IMG/VR virus record: IMGVR_UViG_3300000062_000002
Location: 1-62,854 of that record
Length of the DNA: 62,854 nucleotides
Origin: a virus
Strand: one strand, 5' to 3'
Under the pieces are notes generated by a model. It did not search any database. It had not been told where the DNA came from and was given only the letters and a program-made list of their open reading frames with translations. The translations under genes and the position numbers were made by a program. Positions within the stretch are counted from its first letter, which is position 1; every line of letters begins with the position of its first letter. This document shows, one piece after another, positions 44,292 to 51,378 of the stretch.

Positions 44292-45938
44292 TTAAAAAGG
44301 ACGGCGAATAGAAACAACCCTATTTCCACCTTGGTACAACTCATCCGCAAGCATGGCAAGCGAATCTGGAGCATCATCGTGAGGGTTTTTCCCGGTTTGC
44401 ACAAAGGTAGTAAGTTCTTTCATAAACGCACGATATTCTTTAGGCCTAACTTTTTCGTCCAAAAATATAAATCTCTTAATATCTGGCGAATGTTGAATAA
44501 TGCGAGACATTTTGCTTTGTGTGCTTGGCGCTTTTACGCTAGTTATGTTTATGTGAATGCTTTCCGACCGTAATTTTTCGTCAACAATTCCAGAATACTC
44601 GTGACCGCCATTATTGGCTTCAAATCTTGCCTTGTGAGGTATATGCCGTTTCATTCGCCCTAAAACAATTGGGCGAGTAACATCTTTGTCTCCTCCATTG
44701 AAAATTACATCACCTATATAAACATCACTACCATAAATCCATGCAAAAACCATAGCCAAACTATCGCCACCGCCCCAAGCAACATCGCATACGCCTAATA
44801 TACGGTCTGGGTTTCCATCAGGCAAAACTCCGTTATATGTTCTAAGTTCATCGGTAGGAAACAATAATCCCTCACGAACATACGGAGTTCCCATGTATTT
44901 TGCGTTCCAAGTAGCATCATCAATGCTGGCTTTCATGTCAATGTAATATGCGGTAGAAAACCCAACAGATTCAGGATAATCAAAATTGCTTTCTCCGTCA
45001 CTATTTAAAGCTGGGATAGTCCTGAATCTGTAAAGCGAATTATCTTGATATTGGCATTCAATTCTGCCTAAAACATCTAAAACATTCCATCGAGTGCCAA
45101 CCATCAGCTCAATTGCACCCTCTTTTTTTCTGTCTTTTAACTGATTAAGATAAGCATCATATTTTGCCTGTAGCCTAACAGGGTTCAATGATTCTTCTAA
45201 ATCTTCAATCAAATCGTCCGTGTACAATATTCCATTTTCGCCTATTTCAACAGCACCAGTCAACGTGCCACCAATAGAACGTGCAGTGAAGGTAGGAAAT
45301 CTCTTTTTTTTATTAAGGTCTATAGTTTCATTTTTTGCCGAATTATCTGCAATTTTAATATCTGAAAACACATCATGCCAAAGATAAGTGGTAGGGTCTG
45401 ACAAGATGCTTAATGCTTCACGATAAAAGCCGTCTGTTAATTTGTCACTATGCCCTGACATTACACTTGCCGAATCTGGATTCAGTCCCATAATCCATGT
45501 TAAATACATAATTGCAAGCGTTGATTTTCCTACACGAGGGGGAAGAGATATTCCAAGAAATGTAATCTTACGATTTAAAAGGTCTTGCATATCGGAAACA
45601 AGAGGTAATAAGACTTTTCGCCGAGGAATATAAAATTTCTTTGTGGGTTCTCTATCCCATTCCAAATATCGCAAATAAGCATCAAAATCAATTTTGGCAT
45701 CGAACAACAATCCCTTTTTCTGCAACTCCATAAATCTGTCAAAATGCTTTCCATCCCGAACAATCGATAACGCTTTGCTTGAGATTGTCCGCAAATAACG
45801 ATTCATTTCATGCGCAATATCAAAATTTTCTTGCTCAACATTTTTTATGGATTCAAAAAAGAACTCTGCGGCACCAGGGTCAAGCGGATTGTCGGTGACT
45901 ATGGATTTCAACTTGCTTGCAGTTTCAAGTGGGGTCAT
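44292..45938 (-). CDS. terL: Terminase large subunit
   Basis: Walker A LPPRVGKST. C-terminal nuclease-type HDDAPDSLAM. 548 aa. Confidence 0.9.
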   Translation of the reverse strand: MTPLETASKLKSIVTDNPLDPGAAEFFFESIKNVEQENFDIAHEMNRYLRTISSKALSIVRDGKHFDRFMELQKKGLLFDAKIDFDAYLRYLEWDREPTKKFYIPRRKVLLPLVSDMQDLLNRKITFLGISLPPRVGKSTLAIMYLTWIMGLNPDSASVMSGHSDKLTDGFYREALSILSDPTTYLWHDVFSDIKIADNSAKNETIDLNKKKRFPTFTARSIGGTLTGAVEIGENGILYTDDLIEDLEESLNPVRLQAKYDAYLNQLKDRKKEGAIELMVGTRWNVLDVLGRIECQYQDNSLYRFRTIPALNSDGESNFDYPESVGFSTAYYIDMKASIDDATWNAKYMGTPYVREGLLFPTDELRTYNGVLPDGNPDRILGVCDVAWGGGDSLAMVFAWIYGSDVYIGDVIFNGGDKDVTRPIVLGRMKRHIPHKARFEANNGGHEYSGIVDEKLRSESIHINITSVKAPSTQSKMSRIIQHSPDIKRFIFLDEKVRPKEYRAFMKELTTFVQTGKNPHDDAPDSLAMLADELYQGGNRVVSIRRPF

Positions 45939-45952
45939 TTATTTTATCTCCG

Positions 45953-46300
45953 TTAAAAGTTCTTAAACCAACTGAATGGCAAGTTGTATTTTGCCATAAA
46001 TAGTGATTTCGCCATCTGCTCTAGCAAAGAATGTTCAAGAGCATTATAATATATGCTCTCCACTAATGAATATGTAGCTTCAATCCAGTTGTATTTACAG
46101 TGTAATAATTCATGTATCAAAACACACTCATGTGATATTCGGGTTATGCTGTTTTTTGAATCATTATCAAACTTTACAATAGTTATAACAGCACATTTGT
46201 TGATTATTTGAAATTCATTTTGTCCTAATAGTCTTGTTCCGTTTTCGTCTTTCAGTGTTTTTGGCTCTGCAAACTGTGCCTTAATTGTCCAATCTGTCAA
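45953..46300 (-). CDS. Hypothetical protein with an HExxH motif (HELLH)
   Basis: 115 aa with a TTG start after GGAG. HELLHCKY could be a zinc-metallopeptidase motif. Confidence 0.4.
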   Translation of the reverse strand: MTDWTIKAQFAEPKTLKDENGTRLLGQNEFQIINKCAVITIVKFDNDSKNSITRISHECVLIHELLHCKYNWIEATYSLVESIYYNALEHSLLEQMAKSLFMAKYNLPFSWFKNF

Positions 46301-46392
46301 GAAAAGCCGCTCCTGCCATTCCGTAAGGCAATTGTCAAGCTGCTCATGTGTTTCAAATTCTATGATAGGGTTAAAAATGTTTTCATCCTCCG

Positions 46393-46710
46393 TTAAATAT
46401 GCGTTTCAAATATTTTTTGTCTTATTCTTTTCCGCTTAGAATACAAAGCAAGGTGCTTGTGTTTGCTACTTGCTTTCAGCCATTTAGTTTTGTGTAACTT
46501 ATCTAAGAAATACCGCAAACTATCCCAAAAAGAGGATAGAGTAGAAATAACAGCGATAATACTTTCTTTTAGTTCTTCCCATATGGACAATATGGTTGAT
46601 GTGGCATCTTGTATAATCTGCAATAGTTTTTCTCGCTTTTCGTCAGGCAAAGCTAAATTAAAATCTGTATGCAGTTCTTGTATTGTATCCATAAGTCGTA
46701 TCCTTTTCAA
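46393..46710 (-). CDS. Hypothetical protein
   Basis: 105-aa ORF, helical with a basic C-terminus. Confidence 0.45.
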   Translation of the reverse strand: MKRIRLMDTIQELHTDFNLALPDEKREKLLQIIQDATSTILSIWEELKESIIAVISTLSSFWDSLRYFLDKLHKTKWLKASSKHKHLALYSKRKRIRQKIFETHI

Positions 46711-46713
46711 AAT

Positions 46714-47130
46714 CTATTTTACCAACTCTGGATTTTCATAAACATTACCAACAACTCGCAGAAATTTTAGAGCATATATGCTGTCAGTATCATCTACATT
46801 CCAAATACTTTCTTTGCCCTTGAAATGATACCCATGATGCGGATTAAACGGTTGTACAACGGCATGGCCTGCGGTGGATTCATTCCATAAGTCATAAGCA
46901 GGGTCAGAATTGCTTGTAGCAACAATGTCACCAGCAAATATCATAGTTCCCTCTTTGTCTCTAAGGCCTGTCCATTGTGTGACCGTTACTTCACTGAAAT
47001 CGTATTCGTAATAATCGCCTTGCCCATAAGCTAAATCAACCTCAATAGTCTCACAGTCAAAGTTGATTCTTTCGATAGGCACAAGCCATTCAAGGGATTT
47101 TATCCATGCTCTGAATCTAAAGTTTTCCAT
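46714..47130 (-). CDS. YopX-family protein
   Basis: FRFRAWIK..VTQWTGLRDKEGTMIFAGDIV is the YopX signature. Confidence 0.8.
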   Translation of the reverse strand: MENFRFRAWIKSLEWLVPIERINFDCETIEVDLAYGQGDYYEYDFSEVTVTQWTGLRDKEGTMIFAGDIVATSNSDPAYDLWNESTAGHAVVQPFNPHHGYHFKGKESIWNVDDTDSIYALKFLRVVGNVYENPELVK

Positions 47131-47439
47131 GATAATTTTCTCTGCCTTTTTTGTTTTTTTGAGTATTTGTGGGGGTCACCCCGCCCTAGCCATAGCAACC
47201 ATATAGGGGGAGGGGTGGTAAAGCACCGGCAAGCACCCGCCACACCTCAAAACGCTTTAGTGAATAAAAGTATTTCGTTAAATACGTCTTTGGCGAAATT
47301 GCGCCATTTGCAAGAATAGCTTTGTTATGCGATTTGTTGGCATAGCGAGATTTTGCGTAAAAATTTAGTTGATGCGTTTGCAATTGTCGTTTGCATTGCG
47401 CTGTTGTCGCTCGTTTCTGTCACAGCAAAAGTATCGGAA

Positions 47440-48036
47440 TTAATCGTCTGCAAAGCCGTCTGTATCATCGTCAAAGGCTATTCCTTTGCGTTTGTCCTCT
47501 ATGTATTGCTCAAGTTGCTTTTGCTCTGTGGGAGCACCTAGCGGGTTAGCGGGAGACAGTACAACGTCTTGAATATCTTTCATACCATCATAATTCTTTT
47601 GCCAAAATATGCCTGTTACCGGGTTTATCTTACCATCTTGCATTAAAAACTCTCGATTCATAGCACAAAAAAGCTTAACTTTTTTGATGAAGTCACGTTG
47701 TGCAGGTGTTCCAGCCAATCCATTTTCCCAATTACTAGCGGTTTGCTTATTAATACCTAATGCAGCGTAACAAGCAAGGTTTCCGGGTTTAACATCGTTA
47801 TCAATACAAAATTGTATATACTGTGCAAGTCTGTTTTCCAGTGCCACAGCGTCTTTTTTATCTATTTTATCCCATGTAACAATAGCACCAGCTAACGCAG
47901 CATATTTTGAATTATCGCCGGGTTTGGTATGTACTCCGTTGTTACCAATAACAGGAGACTTCACATAATTAGCACCACGAGGTTTTTTAACCGGCACATT
48001 ATCGGCCAGTGTTGCGGTTGTTTTTTTATCGGTCAT
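47440..48036 (-). CDS. terS: Terminase small subunit
   Basis: 198 aa with an HTH-like segment (ACYAALGINKQTASNWENG). First large gene of the late operon. Confidence 0.6.
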   Translation of the reverse strand: MTDKKTTATLADNVPVKKPRGANYVKSPVIGNNGVHTKPGDNSKYAALAGAIVTWDKIDKKDAVALENRLAQYIQFCIDNDVKPGNLACYAALGINKQTASNWENGLAGTPAQRDFIKKVKLFCAMNREFLMQDGKINPVTGIFWQKNYDGMKDIQDVVLSPANPLGAPTEQKQLEQYIEDKRKGIAFDDDTDGFADD

Positions 48037-48191
48037 CGTGTCACCTCAGTATCATTTTTTGTGCAGTCTGTATGCTTATGCGGTATTGCGTCAAAAGTAT
48101 TGTACCCTTTAGCATTAATGATATTGCTAGCCGTAAGAGCGGCAAGAATAAAACCGACAAATCCACCAAGCAAGAACGATATAAAAGCCAT
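48033..48191 (-). CDS. Hypothetical small membrane protein (52 aa)
   Basis: GGAGG RBS. Its stop overlaps the terS ATG (ATGA). Below the ORF-track cutoff. Confidence 0.45.
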   Translation of the reverse strand: MAFISFLLGGFVGFILAALTASNIINAKGYNTFDAIPHKHTDCTKNDTEVTR

Positions 48192-48610
48192 AGTACTCAA
48201 ACCTCCGAATTACTATATATTGTATATATTATATTTATATTACAACGATAACACTATATCGTGTATATGTCAAGCGATTTACAAGAGTTTAATGCTAAAG
48301 TAGGCAATTTCTACTATATTTTGTAACTTTGATTGTCTTTGGAACTCAAAAATACAATATATTGATTTTGTTTTATGAAAGTAAGAAAAAAGGTAAAAAC
48401 TAAGGTCAAAACATCCTACTAAGTAAGTAAGATAAGGCCAGACAGGCAAAAAATCGTCAATTAATGGCTTTGTTATGCGGGTTTGAGGGTTGTTTTTCGA
48501 TTCTTATTTTTGAAAAATGATTTTGTGCTATTTTTGCAGTATTTTTTGTGATACAATATATAGTATGATAATTGATAATTATTGCATAATATATACAATA
48601 TGAGGTATAT

Positions 48611-49105
48611 ATGAACACAGAAAAACAAAAGCCAGTAAAAGGCATAACAGACTATAGGACAGGACAAACACAAGCCATACCGCCGGACAAAGATGTGTTG
48701 TTAATTGCCAAAAAACCAACTAAGGCAGCAGGGCAGTTAATGCCTATTAATATACAGTTTGTTAAAATACATGATACCGCACATGCACACATGGCCGATA
48801 TTACACTAACCAAAGCAGAGCAAAAAATATTGTATACACTACTGCAATATGTGCAATACAATACTAATCAATGCCGACATGCAAACAACAAAGCTATTAC
48901 TGCGAAATGGCTTATATCACAGACAAAATGCAGTCAAGCAACTATATACAAGGCATTAACGAATTTAACGGCTCACGGTTTTATTTTGTGGCAGGATGAT
49001 GTAATAACAATCAACCCATATTTTGCCATAAGGGGCAAAGCTATCAAGCCGACCACGGCGGCGCTGTTTTGGCACACAGATTTTTATAAAAACGCAAAAA
49101 AATAA
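48611..49105 (+). CDS. RepL-like winged-helix replication/maintenance protein
   Basis: FVKIHD..LTKAEQKILYTLLQYVQYNTN..ITAKWLISQTKCSQATIYKALTNLTAHGFI..ITINPYFAIRG parallels the Firmicute plasmid RepL layout. Confidence 0.5.
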   Translation: MNTEKQKPVKGITDYRTGQTQAIPPDKDVLLIAKKPTKAAGQLMPINIQFVKIHDTAHAHMADITLTKAEQKILYTLLQYVQYNTNQCRHANNKAITAKWLISQTKCSQATIYKALTNLTAHGFILWQDDVITINPYFAIRGKAIKPTTAALFWHTDFYKNAKK

Positions 49106-49153
49106 AGACCGGCAACCGATAACCACGGCGGCGGGTCTTTTGTTGTGCTGTTA

Positions 49154-49462
49154 TTACATTAATATGTTTTGAATTTGAATCATGTCATACTCGGCCAAAT
49201 GCCCCATTTTTCTCACAAGGTCGTTATCTTTAAGAACGCAGATTTTTGAAGTTCTGATTGTTGTTTCTTTATCAAGTCCAACCCTTGCCCAATATTTCAA
49301 CGTATATTCAGCGTTATTTCTTGGATAATGAGTTGTCATCTTTAAAGATATAATAAATCCTTGTTTTTCTCCTACAATAAGCACAGGACGCTTTTTTATT
49401 ATGTCTGAATCCTCAAATTTGACCTTTGCAAACCAGACTTCCCATTTTTTACATCTAATCAT
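49154..49462 (-). CDS. PemK/MazF-fold toxin-like protein
   Basis: KKWEVWFAKVKF....KKRPVLIV..ISLKMTTHYPRN..GLDKETTIRTSKICVLKDNDLVRKMGHL fits the MazF/PemK pattern. ATG 49462 overlaps the PanA stop by 8 nt (the ORF track starts at 49489). Confidence 0.65.
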   Translation of the reverse strand: MIRCKKWEVWFAKVKFEDSDIIKKRPVLIVGEKQGFIISLKMTTHYPRNNAEYTLKYWARVGLDKETTIRTSKICVLKDNDLVRKMGHLAEYDMIQIQNILM

Positions 49463-50009
49463 ATTTATCCCAGTAGTCATCTTCTTCATCTTTTGGCAAT
49501 ACTAAATAACCATCAGCATCACGATAACCGACTGTCTCAATACTTTTTAATTCAAATATATCATCAAAAGATATTAGTTTCTCATGGTTTGAAAAATAAG
49601 AAGTTATATGGGTTTTGTCTATAATTTCACCTTTTACAGTTCTTTCCCATGGTGAGCCGATAACATGCGTTTTATTGACAAGATAAGCGGCCGTATATTT
49701 ACAATACTCCCGTGCAGAATCAAGCAGAATATTATATTCTTCATCCGTGAATAGGTGCGCTAACTCCTTGTCTATAGCAGATATATTGTTTCTTCCACAT
49801 ATCTTGTATTTTTGGTAAACAGCAGGAACAACGGGTCCGAGATCCCATGCTTCAATGTCATCATCAAAAAGAGGTTTCCCAGTCTTGGCGAGGTAATGAC
49901 CCTGTGCATAATAAAGCAGCTTGTTTAATTTCAAATTAGTTATTTCGCCTTCTTCATCTTGCCCGGCTAACTCTATAAAAAAATCAGCCACATCATAAAC
50001 ATTTGCCAT
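49455..50009 (-). CDS. Panacea (DUF4065, SocA-like) antitoxin-domain protein, paralog 1
   Basis: LKLNKLLYYAQGHYLAKTGKPLFDDDIEAWDLGPVVPAVYQKYK is the DUF4065 core. Confidence 0.8.
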   Translation of the reverse strand: MANVYDVADFFIELAGQDEEGEITNLKLNKLLYYAQGHYLAKTGKPLFDDDIEAWDLGPVVPAVYQKYKICGRNNISAIDKELAHLFTDEEYNILLDSAREYCKYTAAYLVNKTHVIGSPWERTVKGEIIDKTHITSYFSNHEKLISFDDIFELKSIETVGYRDADGYLVLPKDEEDDYWDKYD

Positions 50010-50078
50010 GATTAAAACTCCTTTCCTTGCTTATATTATACCAAATTAAGCGGAAAAAGTAAACTGCAACAAAACACA

Positions 50079-50285
50079 TCAAAGCAAGCCACGGCGGTTC
50101 AAGTCCTCTTCAATCAGCATATTAATATACTTGTTTACGCTGATTTTAGGCGAGAAGTTTTTTACAATGTCCTGCAATTGCTTCTTTTGTCCTTTGGGTA
50201 TAAGCAAATTAACTCTATCATAGTTTTCTTTGGCAAAGTTGTTTTTATACTCGTTTCTATCCTCATGAATCTTTTTTCTTGGCAT
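50079..50285 (-). CDS. Small basic DNA-binding-like protein (ribbon-helix-helix/Arc-like impression)
   Basis: 68 aa with a GAGGTG RBS. First gene behind an operator-bearing promoter. Confidence 0.4.
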   Translation of the reverse strand: MPRKKIHEDRNEYKNNFAKENYDRVNLLIPKGQKKQLQDIVKNFSPKISVNKYINMLIEEDLNRRGLL

Positions 50286-50302
50286 ATAATCACCTCTATA
50301 GC

Positions 50303-50400
50303 ATTATACTATACAAGCTACTATTTGTCATGCACAATACTAAACAAAAAGTCATGCGCAAGATTGTACATATTGCCCATTGAAAAGTCATGCACATGAC
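50303..50400 (-). promoter_or_regulatory. Promoter ATGACA-17-TATAAT with three GTCATGC(A/G)C operator-like repeats
   Basis: -10 is rc of 50303..50308 and -35 is rc of 50326..50331. Repeats lie at 50327..50335, 50351..50359 and 50387..50400; the last is the palindrome GTCATGcaCATGAC. Confidence 0.55.
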
Positions 50401-50429
50401 TGTATAATAAGACTATAGAAACAAACAAC

Positions 50430-50630
50430 TCAATCTTTTACATACTCCATCAGGTCGCCGGGTTGGCAGTCAAGGATTTTGCATAACTGCATAATCGTAC
50501 TTACATTGACATTATCACCCCGCCAAAGTGCCGCTACAACCTTTGGATTGATACCATTTTGACGTAAGTAAAATTTATTGTATTTCTTTTCGGCCATTAA
50601 TGCATACAGTTTATTATATGAAACACTCAT
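50430..50630 (-). CDS. XRE/HTH_26-type DNA-binding protein
   Basis: YNKLYALMAEKKYNKFYLRQNGINPKVVAALWRGDNVNVSTIMQLCKILDCQPGDLMEY. Confidence 0.7.
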   Translation of the reverse strand: MSVSYNKLYALMAEKKYNKFYLRQNGINPKVVAALWRGDNVNVSTIMQLCKILDCQPGDLMEYVKD

Positions 50631-50738
50631 AACATCACCATCCGCAAATATAATAGCACACATTTGTTACTTTTGCAACGTTACTAAAGCATACGCTTTG
50701 CACAAATACCCATAGTTACTTTTGTATACATTACCATA

Positions 50739-50767
50739 TTGAAAACGCTGTTACTTTATGGTACAAT
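50739..50767 (+). promoter_or_regulatory. Promoter TTGAAA-17-TACAAT with a GTTACTTT repeat in the spacer
   Basis: GTTACT(T/A)3 occurs at 50666, 50680, 50715 and 50750. The last copy lies inside the 17-nt spacer. Confidence 0.55.
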
Positions 50768-50802
50768 ATAGACATAGAAAGAACAACAAAGGAGCTGACG
50801 AG

Positions 50803-50982
50803 ATGATAAAAATAGACTTATTTCGGTTGACGGTAAACAGGTGGTTGGGGGATATGCTATTTGTAACGGTTGAAATTATATGGAAAATAAAAAAGATTCT
50901 TAACGATGACAGCGCAAGAATTTACAAGAAACTTCAAGCCAGTTTTGAACCATACGCACGAGACGAAAACACACACCAATAA
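50803..50982 (+). CDS. Hypothetical 59-aa protein
   Basis: AAAGGAG RBS before ATG 50803 (the ORF track starts at 50758). Confidence 0.45.
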   Translation: MIKIDLFRLTVNRWLGDMLFVTVEIIWKIKKILNDDSARIYKKLQASFEPYARDENTHQ

Positions 50983-51014
50983 TAACAAAACAACATAAAG
51001 GAGCTGATAAAATG

Positions 51015-51224
51015 CTAAACCCTTGTGCCGTCTGGAAACTCAAAGGCGGAAACATAAACAGCACCAAGGATAGAGGCTATCCGCTCCAGCTCTTCACTAC
51101 TAAACTTATCTGTTTTCATTCGTTGGTTAAATGCCGATGGAGTTGTTCCAATGGAGCGAGCCAATTCCGACTCGCTCATGCGTTTATAAGCCAATGCCAT
51201 GCGTATTTTTTGAGACGTTTTCAT
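51015..51224 (-). CDS. XRE-family HTH repressor-like protein
   Basis: IRMALAYKRMSESELARSIGTTPSAFNQRMKTDKFSSEELERIASILG. Confidence 0.75.
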   Translation of the reverse strand: MKTSQKIRMALAYKRMSESELARSIGTTPSAFNQRMKTDKFSSEELERIASILGAVYVSAFEFPDGTRV

Positions 51225-51314
51225 TTTGTCACCCCCTGCGGTTAAGTATATCGGATAATCTAACCCATGTCAAGAAATATCTATAAAATAATTAGGAAAA
51301 CCGTTAGAAAACAC

Positions 51315-51343
51315 TTGACAACTATTAGGAAAACCTGTATAAT
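51315..51343 (+). promoter_or_regulatory. Consensus promoter TTGACA-17-TATAAT with ATTAGGAAAACC in the spacer
   Basis: The 12-mer ATTAGGAAAACC occurs at 51324..51335 (in the spacer) and at 51291..51302. Confidence 0.65.
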
Positions 51344-51378
51344 ATGGATGTGGAAAACAAAACAAAGGAGAATAGAAA

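Noticed and set aside
47186-47383. 65-aa - strand ORF in the terS-yopX gap
   Set aside because: It has no RBS and unprotein-like composition, and its 3' third runs through the GC-rich hairpin cluster. I treated the region as non-coding.
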